Assembly (NCBI GenBank): GCA_965202585.1
Contig: OZ241828.1
Coordinates: forward strand, 42,160,001 to 42,224,000
Reading direction: 5' to 3'
DNA: 64,000 nucleotides
Source: Thalia democratica
Taxonomy: Eukaryota
The translations under genes and the position numbers were made by a program. Shown piece by piece: positions 38,901 through 49,268 of this stretch. Numbering within the stretch: the first letter of the stretch is position 1; each line of letters starts with the position of its first letter. Under the pieces are notes generated by a model that searched no databases, had not been told where the DNA came from, and was given only the letters and a program-made list of their open reading frames with translations.

Positions 38901-41627
38901 AGTTCTTAACAAATAAAAAAGTGGAATCTAACTCCCATGGCGCGATCGGCATTATCATCCTCTGCTAACACATCATATTACTCTGCTAATGTCTTTAGCT
39001 TGAATTATTTGTATGAGTAGGATCACTTGACTTTTCAGCTGCATTCGCAAGCATGGGGTGCTCAGTTTCCATCGTACAGAAGTTAGACGCCGATGAATTT
39101 TATGCTTCCTCTTAATGTTACTCGTAATTTACTTTGAGTGCTACTCTATTGGTATCGTTGCTATTAGACAAGATGCTACCTTAGTGCTTAAGAATTAACC
39201 TCTATAATCTAGACTAGAGAAAAACTTTCAGATTTTAATCAGTTGAAATCCACACAAGCTAAAACAAATAAACGTTTTACATAGCAGCGTTAGCATTCTT
39301 TTAACTATGGTCTATAGTTCTAGTTCTAATATGTTTTATATTGATTTGTGTTTTTAAATATCTACTCTTATAAATCTGGAACAGTAAATTTCAGCACACT
39401 GTTTTAATTACATTCTAAAACTTAAAACTCTACAGAGCCTTTAAAAACAAAGTTTAAGTTTGCGGATAGATCATTTTTACCGTACGAAATAAGACCAACT
39501 TAGTATGGCAATACTGATTGCTGGACATCCAAAATTCTGTTAATTTAATATATAATACGGCCCTCTAACTTCCGAAACACATCTCAACTTTACAGCACTG
39601 AAAACCAAATGTAACTCAACATAACTTCCAAATATAAAATGCCCGTATTTCTCCTTGCGATCACTCTTGTTTACTTTTTCGTAATAGGGTTAATTTTTGT
39701 ATTTACTTTTAGGTGAATTTTCTGATAGCTCACACTGGTTAAAATAAAGTCAATAAATTCTAGGAGGTCTTTATTTCTATAAATCAGTAATTTAAACTAA
39801 TAAATCAAAAACTATCTAAACTCTAAATTACTAGTGTATATTCATGCAAATATATGTTTAAGACAAAAAAGAACTTATTTATAAACCACAGTCTTCATTT
39901 ACACTTGAAAAACGAAGTAATATTTTAAAGTTTTTATTTATTAATCATGTTCGAAATTGAAAGCTATTGTTTTTTAAATAAAGTAGTATTTTCATTTCAT
40001 TATTATAGTTTAATCTTTTTCTTTATAAAACAAAATTTTAATCAAAGTTTCGGTTTGAAAGTGTTGACTCCTCTTTTATTAAAATAGACATTGATATATC
40101 TAGTTTGTCGTTTGTTTAGCATACCCTTAAGAACCTTTTGTTTTTTTCAAATTGCTCTTGTGCTTTTAAAATTTAGCTTGTCATAAAATTTACGAATTTA
40201 AGTTGTGTTCGTTTGAAAAAATTTTCATTATTTTCTCTAGTTTTTTTCTAATGTATTGTTTAAGTCTAATGAGAGATATTAATCAACTAACACAATGTTT
40301 TGGAGGTAAACAATATAAAATACGAAAGAGCAAAGTCTAAATAAAAAAAGCAAACGCGTTAATTTAAATATGAAATGTACCATGCTGCAACGTACCAAGC
40401 TACGTCCAAGTACTACAAACTTAAGTAACTACGTAATTTTAATAAAGTTTTTTTTGTTTCGAAAAAGACTAATTGTATTCGAGCTAGTTAGTTTCGGTTG
40501 CTTACTACTGATAAAAGCGTTAACGTAAGCGTTGATACACATTTATTTTTTTAAATAATATTTGACAAGTGAAAAAAACACAGATTAGTTTGATAAAACC
40601 AAAAATTTCCTCCACTTCGGCCGGGCGTAATCTTTATCTATCTGAAGCTTGCTTATTGTTATTTTTTGGTTCTTTATAGCTAGTTTCCAGCTGGCAAAAA
40701 AGCAAGACTTCTGAAGTGTGTCACGCCCTAACTAGCTCGTGATGGCGTGTAAAAGTTATTTTGTTACAATACTTTTGAAGAGTTTGTTATGGATAGAATA
40801 TTGTTTATCTTAGTACTGTTGGCTGTGGAAACATATTTATCATTTTAGTCTTTTAGCTTTTAGATAATTAAAGATGCGCGATAGCGTAAGAAGTACGATT
40901 ATTTTTTTGGCCATCTTTTCTATCTGGAACTTGAATTTAATTTAGCAACTTGCCTTGTTTACAATTCAACATAGATCGCAGACGTCAGTTTTTCTTCCAA
41001 ACGCAATATCATTAATTGTTTAGTAGTCGCAAAATCTTTAAAGTTTTGTTTTTCTTCTACTTATACATTAGTGGTTTAGGATTTTTTTATAACCCGATCA
41101 CAGTTGTTAAAAAATTATAAGTTTAAACTACTAACTAACAAATATAAACTACTAATACTTATAAAAAAAAGTTTTGTTAAAGTAACTTTTACGTTTATAC
41201 CATTTATTTGATTATTGTTAGTCACTAGACTTTAAAATTCTTAAAATTTAATTTGCCTAGTCGTAAATGTTCATTCTGCACTACTTGAACATTATTTCAG
41301 GTTGGTAAACAGTTTAAGACTCCAGTGTCTAAATTGAAATCCCAAGTTGATCATGTTTGTAGGGATGACGAGCCTCCAGTAGCATCAAAAGAAGATGACA
41401 CCACACGAAGCCCACCCAAATCTCGTACTGATCCAAAAACAAACCCTGAGTGGTCTATCTCATTTGAACAGTTTTTTGCATCAGTGCTTACAGAAGCACC
41501 TCTGTGTGAGTATTTTGAGCGGAAATTCTCATTGACAGAAAAAATAGCCAAACTTCGAACAAATAGACGACATAAGCATTTCAGTTCACAAATAAGTAGA
41601 GATGAACCGGAAAGAGTTACCGTTTAA
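11769..41627 (+). CDS. TBC1D9: TBC1 domain family member 9/8-like Rab-GAP (2 GRAM + TBC + EF-hand); 23 coding exons, about 1233 aa
   Basis: Exons 11769-11994, 16615-16763, 18019-18233, 19366-19624, 21141-21328, 24882-24989, 25998-26169, 26267-26367, 26634-26760, 27795-27933, 28208-28329, 29423-29557, 29839-30054, 31934-32050, 32591-32728, 32889-33013, 33952-34050, 34505-34616, 35786-35972, 37404-37598, 37780-37907, 38326-38442, 41301-41627. All GT-AG and phase-consistent, total 3702 nt. Recognisable TBC1D9 segments: [69 protein letters not shown]. Confidence 0.95.
12226..12966 (-). repeat. 3' LTR (741 bp; TGTAAC...AAAGATA), three 68-bp internal units at 12555-12758
   Basis: Direct repeat of 15349-16157 with only a handful of substitutions; immediately preceded by the PPT. 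Confidence 0.93.
12967..12978 (-). promoter_or_regulatory. Polypurine tract (AAGAGGGGAAAA)
   Basis: Purine run directly 5' of the 3' LTR start TGTAAC on the minus strand. Confidence 0.85.
13659..15557 (-). pseudogene. Gag polyprotein, split by two frameshifts (ORFs 15557-15102, 15216-14905, 14855-13659)
   Basis: Frames join by a -1 shift in a G9 run (15261-15269) and a +1 shift near 14910 ([21 protein letters not shown]). The 398-aa part has a coiled-coil-like segment, capsid-like helices ([18 protein letters not shown]) and the CHCC motif [19 protein letters not shown]. Confidence 0.8.
15340..15348 (-). promoter_or_regulatory. Primer binding site, tRNA-Trp type (TGGTGACCC)
   Basis: Begins immediately after the 5' LTR; matches the first 9 nt of the known tRNA-Trp PBS TGGTGACCCCGACGTGAT. 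Confidence 0.8.
15349..16157 (-). repeat. 5' LTR (809 bp), four 68-bp internal units at 15678-15949
   Basis: Direct repeat of 12226-12966; the 68-bp length difference equals exactly one extra unit; TATAAATAAAA at ~16067-16057 on the minus strand. Confidence 0.93.
16615..16763 (+). CDS. TBC1D9: TBC1D9 exon 2
   Basis: [32 protein letters not shown]; AG/GT boundaries. Confidence 0.9.
18019..18233 (+). CDS. TBC1D9: TBC1D9 exon 3 (GRAM1)
   Basis: [43 protein letters not shown]. Confidence 0.93.
19366..19624 (+). CDS. TBC1D9: TBC1D9 exon 4
   Basis: [38 protein letters not shown]. Confidence 0.9.
21141..21328 (+). CDS. TBC1D9: TBC1D9 exon 5 (GRAM2)
   Basis: [34 protein letters not shown]. Confidence 0.92.
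21885..22280. mobile_element. Fold-back (palindromic) hammerhead-carrying element, Penelope pLTR-like
   Basis: Arms ~21885-22032 and ~22069-22226 are inverted copies; shares the hammerhead region and CATCTCAACTTTGTTGATGAT tail with 30169-30445 and 36495-36638. Confidence 0.8.
22150..22190 (+). ncRNA. Minimal type I hammerhead ribozyme motif, stem II partly disrupted
   Basis: CCUGC CUGAAGA GCCAU AGUA AGGAC GAAAC CG GUU GUAGG: core intact, two mismatches in stem II. Confidence 0.65.
23342..23977. mobile_element. Kolobok-like MITE, inverted relative to 8503-9185
   Basis: TTAA|GGGCATAGGGGGGTCCAC ... CGGACCTCACCCCCTATGCCT|TTAA; interior is the reverse complement of the first copy. Confidence 0.78.
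24078..24502. mobile_element. hAT-like MITE (family A, shorter copy) with 8-bp TSD ATTACTTG
   Basis: CAGGCACGTGGCTTGG...GCTACGTCCCTG flanked by ATTACTTG at 24070-24077 and 24503-24510; reverse complement of 1885-2573. Confidence 0.88.
24882..24989 (+). CDS. TBC1D9: TBC1D9 exon 6
   Basis: [31 protein letters not shown]. Confidence 0.92.
25998..26169 (+). CDS. TBC1D9: TBC1D9 exon 7
   Basis: [24 protein letters not shown]; donor ACT|GTTAGT. Confidence 0.85.
26267..26367 (+). CDS. TBC1D9: TBC1D9 exon 8 (low-conservation linker)
   Basis: Open, phase-consistent (0 in, 2 out), AG|GTAAGA donor. Confidence 0.75.
26634..26760 (+). CDS. TBC1D9: TBC1D9 exon 9
   Basis: [27 protein letters not shown]. 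Confidence 0.92.
27795..27933 (+). CDS. TBC1D9: TBC1D9 exon 10 (TBC domain)
   Basis: [22 protein letters not shown]. Confidence 0.93.
28208..28329 (+). CDS. TBC1D9: TBC1D9 exon 11 (TBC arginine finger)
   Basis: [34 protein letters not shown]. Confidence 0.95.
29423..29557 (+). CDS. TBC1D9: TBC1D9 exon 12
   Basis: [45 protein letters not shown]. Confidence 0.95.
29839..30054 (+). CDS. TBC1D9: TBC1D9 exon 13
   Basis: [40 protein letters not shown]. Confidence 0.95.
30220..30260 (-). ncRNA. Minimal type I hammerhead ribozyme (intact)
   Basis: UCUGC CUGAUGA GUCCU AGAA AGGAC GAAAC CG GUC/GUAGG: full core, 5-bp stem II, 5-bp stem I, palindromic ACCGGU minimal stem III; predicted cut between 30225 and 30224. 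Confidence 0.85.
30300..30340 (+). ncRNA. Minimal hammerhead motif with core G12-to-U change (probably inactive)
   Basis: CCUGC CUGAUGA GUCCU AAAA AGGAC UAAAC CG GUC GUAGG. Confidence 0.7.
30610..31012. mobile_element. hAT-like MITE (family B) with internal ~170-bp tandem duplication
   Basis: Starts CAGGGTTTCCCAAA, like 44842; the AAAACTACCC..CCCCCTAAATTTCTGAAA segment occurs twice; right end and TSD degenerate. Confidence 0.7.
31934..32050 (+). CDS. TBC1D9: TBC1D9 exon 14
   Basis: [20 protein letters not shown]. Confidence 0.92.
32591..32728 (+). CDS. TBC1D9: TBC1D9 exon 15
   Basis: [25 protein letters not shown]. Confidence 0.9.
32889..33013 (+). CDS. TBC1D9: TBC1D9 exon 16
   Basis: [27 protein letters not shown]. 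Confidence 0.9.
33390..33697. mobile_element. Tc1/mariner-like MITE (perfect ~29-bp TIR, TA-flanked)
   Basis: ATTTCTACAGATTTTTACAGGTTAATAGT and its exact reverse complement at 33669-33697; TA on both sides. Confidence 0.7.
33952..34050 (+). CDS. TBC1D9: TBC1D9 exon 17
   Basis: [16 protein letters not shown]; phase 2/2. Confidence 0.88.
34505..34616 (+). CDS. TBC1D9: TBC1D9 exon 18 (EF-hand region)
   Basis: [29 protein letters not shown]. Confidence 0.88.
35786..35972 (+). CDS. TBC1D9: TBC1D9 exon 19
   Basis: [26 protein letters not shown]; donor A|GTAAGT. Confidence 0.88.
36495..36638 (-). mobile_element. Single-arm copy of the hammerhead element
   Basis: Reverse complement of the right arm plus tail of 30300-30445; 5'-truncated just upstream of the hammerhead core. 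Confidence 0.8.
36601..36637 (-). ncRNA. Minimal hammerhead motif (core and stem II intact, stem I weakened)
   Basis: UGC CUGAUGA GUCCU AACA AGGGC GAAAC CG GUC GAA. Confidence 0.7.
36780..37058. mobile_element. hAT (Charlie-type) MITE, family C
   Basis: CAGGGGTCAGC..GCGGGCC..GTTTGCCAACCATTG; degenerate 8-bp TSD ATCTGACT/GTCTAACT; related to 61004 onward. Confidence 0.7.
37404..37598 (+). CDS. TBC1D9: TBC1D9 exon 20 (acidic low-complexity insert; donor position less certain)
   Basis: Open frame in phase 1; donor C|GTTCGT chosen because it keeps frame with the next exon. Confidence 0.65.
37780..37907 (+). CDS. TBC1D9: TBC1D9 exon 21
   Basis: [17 protein letters not shown]|GTAAAT. Confidence 0.75.
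38326..38442 (+). CDS. TBC1D9: TBC1D9 exon 22
   Basis: [34 protein letters not shown]. Confidence 0.93.
41301..41627 (+). CDS. TBC1D9: TBC1D9 terminal exon 23
   Basis: [31 protein letters not shown]. Confidence 0.93.
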   Translation, partial: VGKQFKTPVSKLKSQVDHVCRDDEPPVASKEDDTTRSPPKSRTDPKTNPEWSISFEQFFASVLTEAPLCEYFERKFSLTEKIAKLRTNRRHKHFSSQISRDEPERVTV

Positions 41628-43774
41628 TTAACAAAACTAATGAGCAATGGTCAATTTTATTTTTATGAAGTTTAGTTAAGTTTATAATATTATTTTAAAT
41701 AATGTGAAAACCAAACTTTTATTTTTTGAAATATGCAAATTTTTCCTAAAAATGTTAGTAATATTAGCAATTAAAAACCGAAGTACTATTTAATTTACTA
41801 AACGAATCTTTAAAATTTAGTTTAAGTACGGCTATAGTATAAACTATGGGAGGAAAATTATAATTTTTTCAAAGCTAAATGACATAGTTTTTTATCTTCC
41901 ATTAGTTTATTTTATATAAATTTTTACATTTTTATTTTTATCGTTTATGTATTTTTATAAAATTTTTAGCTTTTATACAATTTAAAAAATGTTTGTAAGT
42001 TATAATTTTTATAAAGCTTTATTTAGTTTCAAATCACTTCTAAAATAAAAGTAAGATGCCAAGTAATACATTGAAACAGTTTGACTTAGTTTAAATTTCA
42101 TAGCTAGTTCAAAAAAGAAGTTTTAAAGCTAAATTCAATTTGATCAATGTTTTTAATTGTGTTTTTTTATTGTTTTAGCTTAGCATAGTTTTTTTTGTGC
42201 TTTTTCTGCAAGTTAAGTGCATTATAAGAACTAAAACAAAATTAGCTTATCAATTCCTGTAACATCATTTTTTCAAAAAATATTATTTAAACTACAATTA
42301 GAAAAAATGGTATAGTTAGTGCAATTAATTTTTATATATACTTTTTATGTGTAATAAAAACTTATTATGGTTTTGTACTTGTAAAATTTTAGTAATTTTT
42401 ATAAAAGTTCAATTTTATCAAATGAATTTCAGATCATGTTCTGTTCAGATAATAATTAATAGTAAATCAGTAATATTCAGGATTACCATAAAACCTTGAA
42501 AAACCTGTAACTTGACAGTTTGGGCAAAAAAAAACCTGGTAAAACTAAGAAATTGAGAAAATAAAAAAAAACAGAAAATCTATAATTTAGAATTTTTATT
42601 TTTTAAAACCTGAAGTTTTAAACAATTTTTACATGTAAAATAATGGATTTTAGATTAGATAGGAAAAATCTATCATACACAATAAACTTTTCTTGAATCA
42701 TCTAGAAGTTTATTTATTATAAAACAAATTTAAAGTAGCATTACAGTATCTTTATAATATTTTTTAACTATATAAGACAGTTTCTTACCTTAAATTTAAT
42801 TTTATAATAAAAATGGACATAAACACTTGTACTTTCAAAAACCTTGAACAATTATAAAAAAAACCTGTGGCAACACAGAATATTTCATATTGAAACAACA
42901 AAACTTATTTCTACGTGACTTTTGATTTATTTTTTCAAATGGTAAAGACTATTAATGCGGTTTTGTTATAATCCTCATGGCTGAGCTGTTTCTAAAATAA
43001 TTTATTTGCAATTTTACTGCCCCCCAAAACCATAAACTACAGTGCAATTACAGACTGTAGTTTTTCAACAAAATTTCTATAATGTCAGATCTGCTTTGAT
43101 TTTTTTAGAACTCTATTTCCTTTTTAGTAAGTAGTCAAAAAAAAAAAACACAACTAAAACATATTAAAGCAAAAAAAAAAAAATGCAAGTCCTATCTGAG
43201 GTGTCAGCAAAGTGCGGCCGCAGGTAACATAAGGTCCATGAAGGGTAAAAGTATGGCCCGCTAGCATTTTAAGAATTTCCAATGGATGCGGCCCATAAAA
43301 CTAAGAAACTGCGGCCAGTGAAATAAAATTTGTGAGCTTTACTCTAGACATCTCGAGGATTGTAGTAATGAGCAAAAAAGTCTTTAGTAGAATTATAGGA
43401 AATTTAAAACTACCACTAAATATTCTTCTGAGGTTTGAAATGTAGATCAATAAAAATACGGGAAATTCAAAATTTACACTAGATATTCTGAAATTTAAAA
43501 TGAAGTGTTAAGTTCGAGTCGTACACCACATTCTTTTACAATTTCTTTCAAGCTGAATGAAAAAAAAAATCTTAACTTTTAAACCTAAGAAATTAAACGA
43601 AAACTAACAAGCTATGTATTTATTTATTTTTTTTTTATTCATACTTGTCTTATAAGATAAAAATACAGTCTAAGCCTAAAACTTAAAAGAATAACAATAG
43701 AAGTTGAGAACATTTTTAGACTCAAAACATTAATTTATTTATAAAACGAGATAAACAATACTAATAGCAGACAG

Positions 43775-44165
43775 GGTTACATGGAAATTCAAATTCGTAC
43801 GACTCAAATTTCGACAATTCAAATTGTTTTAAAGACTATATCTCAAAAAGTAATATAAACTTGAAAAAAATACACATGTAGATCTTAATAAAATCTACAA
43901 GCCACTTTTGTTTTTTTCAAATCTTAAACATTTTTTTGAGATAATTTAAAATTACCAAAATTAACTATGTTTTATACTTTGTATAAGCAATATATAAAAA
44001 AGTGTTTAATGTTTTGCAATAAGAAAAAAAAAACGGCTTTTAGATATTGATAGGACCTACAAATGTATCTTAAATATTTGACAAATATACATTACTTTTT
44101 TAGTTGGGGCCTTTTCAATTTTTTTAAAGAATTAGAATTGTCCGAATTTGAACAATCGTGCACCC
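43775..44165. mobile_element. MULE-like MITE with 8-bp TSD GCAGACAG
   Basis: Ends GGTTACATG.. / ..CGTGCACCC with repeated ACAATTCAAATT motifs; GCAGACAG at 43767-43774 and 44166-44173. Confidence 0.8.
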
Positions 44166-44841
44166 GCAGACAGACTTTAAAGAAGGTAAAATTGTAATAA
44201 GTTGAAATGCGTTTACGTTGAACTTTATCAGTATTTTAAGCTAGAAGTTTAACTTATTTTTTACATTTGATTGAAATAATTAAAGAAGTTTATATTTTAA
44301 TAAATAGAAAGAAAATAATATAAATTTTGTTATGTTTTAAGGTTGTGAATTTAACCATAAACTCAACTTAATTTTATAAATGATAATATAAAATTAAGTA
44401 CTGTAAATTTACAAGTAAGCATTTACATTAATAAAAAAAAAATATAACAGAAACATTTTATTCTATTAATTTTTTTTTGAATACTATTTTTAGCCCAAAA
44501 ATATAACTGGAAAGAGCGAAAAATATTTGCAAACATAAAAAATAAAAAAGTCTTTTTAGGTATCCTAAGAAAATTAGATTAACTTATTTTAAGTAAACCT
44601 GAGACAGTCATCTCAGCTTACCATTTGTTTAAATACTTAACTCTCTGTTAAAAAGTACATCTTTCACTAAATTTTTATATGGGCATATTGGAGAAATGTA
44701 TTTGTGTAAAGAAATTATTTCAAATTTTTTGATTATGCTGATACTATAAAGTTAGTTCAAAATAGTAATCTTAATAAATAATCTAAAGATTATCCAGATA
44801 GGAAATACTGCAATTTAGACTGAACTACTGTTATTGTAACC

Positions 44842-45108
44842 CAGGGTTTACCAAACTTTTTTTCAAAAGGCCTTTTTAATGAAGTTAAAAAAGCTTGTCC
44901 TCTTCCAACGAGATTTCTCAAAAAACTACCGTTAAAAAAGCCTATGACTTTTTGTTTTCTTTTCTTCACCAACTCCAGAATATCTAATGCAAGTTATAAA
45001 TTATGGTCTTGTGGCTCCCTTTTTGCGGCTTGTGCCCCCTAAATTTCTTAGTTTTTTTAACATTATATCTAGTATAATTTCTGTAATGGCCTACTTTGGG
45101 AAACTCTG
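44842..45108. mobile_element. hAT-like MITE (family B) with 8-bp TSD TTGTAACC
   Basis: CAGGGTTTACCAAA...TTTGGGAAACTCTG; TTGTAACC at 44834-44841 and 45109-45116. Confidence 0.88.
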
Positions 45109-45292
45109 TTGTAACCAAAATATCAACTTTTGAACTAAATTTTTGGGTATTAGATGAAAATTATTATCAACTCCTTAAAAAAAGTAAATAAATAAGTATC
45201 AATGATAACTTATATACTACTGTTTATTGAACAACAAAAAAAAAAAACGTTCAAAGTATTTGGTCCTATCTGGTGCACGAAAAACCTTTCGG

Positions 45293-48071
45293 TTATCGAG
45301 TCGCACACCACGGATACCTTTTAACGTTTTGTCCAGGATCAGAACTTATGACCTTGATAATCACTATCTAATAAATAAATATAAAGTTCATCCTTAAAAT
45401 TTCCAAAATGACTTAGATTTTTTAAACGTAAGTATATAAATTAATACCTAATTAATTTGTAAATTTATAAATGTAGAAGAAATTAGCTAATAAATTATTT
45501 CCTAACAGAATTACCTAAAAATGGCACATATCATCGTAAATAATAATTAATAGTTTATACTTACAATAATAAATAGTTTACAAATGTATTATAGAAAAAG
45601 CTTAAAGATTATGTAAAGCAACACAAGTTTTTAAACTTTTTATAAATACTCAAAAATGTAAGTTGTTATTTAAAAAAACTTCTGACAAAAATTATTTGAT
45701 ATTATTACAAGTTTCCCACTTAGTGTTTGATAAATATTTTTTTTATAAAATAGAGATAAAGGAGATAAAATTTGTTTACGGTTTATATATTAAATTCTTA
45801 CAAATGGTTGAAATTAGAAACTCGTTTATTTCGTTAATCTTAATGATTTACTTGTTTCTTCATCGGTTTACTAGTACAGCAGCTGCTAGTAGTTTTGTCT
45901 GCTGTTCCAGCGTCTGAATAGTTTTAAAAGGATTACTTAGCATGGATCTAGAGAAGGGTATCCCAAACTCAATTTAATAGTCAATAAATATATTATTTTT
46001 TTTTGCTGTCTTACTATTTAACACCCCTGGATAGCGAAAATAGTCTCAAAAGGGGCAATATTGTCCACTTTAGGAAACCATTTTATGAAGCCTTTTTAAC
46101 GCTTTGTTTCATTAGACAAGAGCAAAAAAATCACTAACACTTAAACAGACTTGTTTATTATTAAAACAAGTCCGAGGGTGATCGAATTTATTCCAGTTAA
46201 TCTTCTTAAAAGTTTTCACTTTAATTTAAACTTTTCCAAAAAGTAATATCACTTGACTCTTTTTATTTTTACTTTAAGTACAACAAAATTGAGGCTAATA
46301 TTATTATTTTTGCATTTACTTTGTGAAAAATATTTGAAACAACGTAAGAAAAAACAAGTATCAGCATAAAAGTATAAGTCTTTAAAAATAAGTTAATAAA
46401 ACTACTTATATTAGTAAACTACTATAATTAAGTAATTAAGCACAAGCTCGTAAAAACACCATAAAAGTTCCTATTTTATTTTCATCAATAATTTTTAACG
46501 CGTTAAAAATATTATAGCTACGTAAAAGAAGATTTAACTTAAATATATTTATACCAACTAACTTCAGGAATCCTACAAGGTAGAATTTCAAAAAGTTCTT
46601 AAACGAAGAAGTAAATTATAAACAATCAAAATAGAAAAAAATCAAGTTCCATTTAAGCAGATTAATATAAAAAAGAAAAGTAAAAAAGTGAAAATAAATT
46701 GAAATTATATTAAGTTAAAATAAGATTAATATTGAAAATATATCTTAATAAAATTATCTAAACATAAAGTTTTGTTTGAGACAAAGTAAACAAAAATTTT
46801 ATTTAAGAACAATTTCGCTACGATTAGTTTGTTTTAAAATAAATCCTCATTATATAAATAAAAATATAAACAAGTTTTTACTGATCGGCTTAGAAACTAG
46901 AATAAACCAAAAAAAAACGTTCTAGTTTTACATATATATTATCTCGATGACAAGGAAAAATCAGAAAAAAAAAGCTATTAACCAACTATGTTAATTTTAC
47001 CCTTAGACTGGTTTCCTGTTTTTTGCACCCCCTGAAAAAGAAGAAAACGGGGTAAAAAGAATCTTAAATAGTTCACTAAAACGTTGTTTAATTAGAATTT
47101 TTATATATGTAAAAAGATTTGATTTTGCTTTTTTAGCAAACTTTTTAATAACGAATATTAATTTTATCAAGTTTAAAGATTAATAATGTTTCACAATTGG
47201 CTTGTGCACTATTAAATGTCAGCTGAAGAAGATTTAATTATAAAACTTTAAAGTTATGTCACAATAAGATCATATTTTGAAACAGCATATTTTAAAAAGG
47301 AAACTTTTTGATTAGTTGATTAAAGTTTTTAATTGTAAATGCTTAAACAAGTAATAAAACATCATTATGCATTGTTTTTAAACTAGATAATTAAACTAAA
47401 CTTTTAAAAAGTATTAATTTACAAAGTTTAACTAAACTTAGTTACTTGTAAGAATAAATTGATATGAAGCAAACTCTTATTAATCCTAACTATATAGAAC
47501 TAGAAAATTGGGTAATATTAATGTATGGATCAACAAGTCTTTTGTTATGAAGTTTTCATAACATATTTGACATTTTCATTTAATTTTTTTAATTTTTTTC
47601 TTGAATTTCATACTAACCGTGTCATTAAAATAGTTACATTTTTATATATTTTTTGAAACTTATTTTAACTATCATTTATTTTTATTACTAATGTTTTATA
47701 CTGAAATCTTTATTTTTAATGACTTTCTAACTTTTATATATTAGACTAAAAGTTTTAAAATAAAATCCATTTAACAAAATAAATTTAGATATAAGTAAAT
47801 TAAAGTTCTAATTTGAAAAAAAAAGATTGGACACTTATCTATAAGTATAACAATAAAACTTTTAACGATTAGGGCAGCTTTAATTTTTTTTAAAATATAT
47901 TACAGAGTAAGTATAACCCTCACCTCTTACAATATCTTCTCTTAACTTAATTGGCTCAGGGTTTATAGTTGGTTTATGGTAACTAGCATCCATACCCTCT
48001 TCGGCATCAATAACTAACCTCGAGCGGTTGTATACTGACACAGGTATGGATTTCTTGCTGCTAGTGCTCAT
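45293..48071 (-). CDS. Candidate orphan small gene A (exons 48071-47924, 45913-45852, 45367-45293; 94 aa), function unknown
   Basis: Three GC-richer islands with AG/GT boundaries join in phase: MSTSSKKSIPVSV..EDIVR|DAGTADKTTSSCCTSKPMKKQ|IVIIKVISSDPGQNVKRYPWCATR*. No recognisable family. Confidence 0.35.
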
Positions 48072-49268
48072 ACTCAAATTAGTGCTACTAATCGTGTTAG
48101 TGAGAGTATGTTACAATTAAACGTATTCTACAGAAGGTCTAATATAGTCTAGCCTATAAATAAATGCTAGATATATAAGTTAAGATTAACTAGGTTAAAT
48201 TCTAGCTAGTAAACGAATATAAATTAACACTCAACGTTTATTGTACAATGTAAAATTATACGATCTTGGAAAAGAAACTAAGTGACTCGCTAAATGAGAA
48301 TTAAGAATATTAGCAAGAGTATGAATCAATGCCCAATAATCAAATAATGCTTAGTAAACGACTCAAAAGTACGTCTTAAACATAATCAAAATAGTGCTCG
48401 AAAAATAAACACATACGCCTACCCCTACGAGAACATAAATTAATGCCAACTAATATTAATGCTAACGCAACCACGTTACGGCCATCACAACTACAACGAC
48501 TCAACTACCAACGCTTGATCTCTCTCGCGGTGATTTTTATACCGTTTTCGCGTTTTTTTTTTGCGTTTTTTATACTCTCTTCAGAACGATGTGTGCAGCT
48601 ATCGTTACATAAGTTAGTTATTATTATGTCTGTATCAATTGAAGGGCCATTTTAAATATTTGAATATCATTTTCTGTTTAAGACTTTTTTTACATTATAA
48701 TTTAAAAAATTCAAACACGTTGTAATGGGAATCACGAACTGTCCCTGCTTTATAAATAGTGTTTACACTTATTCAAAATAGCATGAAGGAACGTTGTTTT
48801 AGAATTAAGTTGTTATGAACATTGCATAACAGAATGAAATTTCTGTATAAATGATGGAATTTGGCTGTAGCAACGGACAGATGACTACGTATAAATTGAA
48901 AGATTGTTAAACACTTCTTGTTTTTAAAGATTGATGTTTCTCTTAGAGCTCCAGCTTGTATCAGATAAGCAGTTGACTCTTATTATTTATGTCGGTTTCT
49001 ATTGAATTTTGAAAAGAAAAGTAATAATTTTTTAAACTAATTATCTCTTTGAACATTTATTTTTATACAGTTTTGTGTTTTAAAACGTATTTTGCTCGCA
49101 AACTTTTGATTGAACTTGTTATATTAAACTTTTTTTTTTGTATTATCAGTTGTTATTTTTTAAATTATTATTACTTTGTTTAATTAGTATATATATATAT
49201 ATATTAAGTAAAACAAATAATTTTCCAAAAAAGAGTTTAAGACTAAAAAATAAGCGTCTTTTGAGTGA

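Noticed and set aside
39039-39081. Possible cassette exon in TBC1D9 intron 22 (TTTTCAG...GTTAGA)
   Set aside because: 43 nt would shift the frame; no homology support; exons 22 and 23 join cleanly.
48721-49060. Possible solo LTR beginning TGTAATGGG
   Set aside because: No matching end, TSD or second copy identified.
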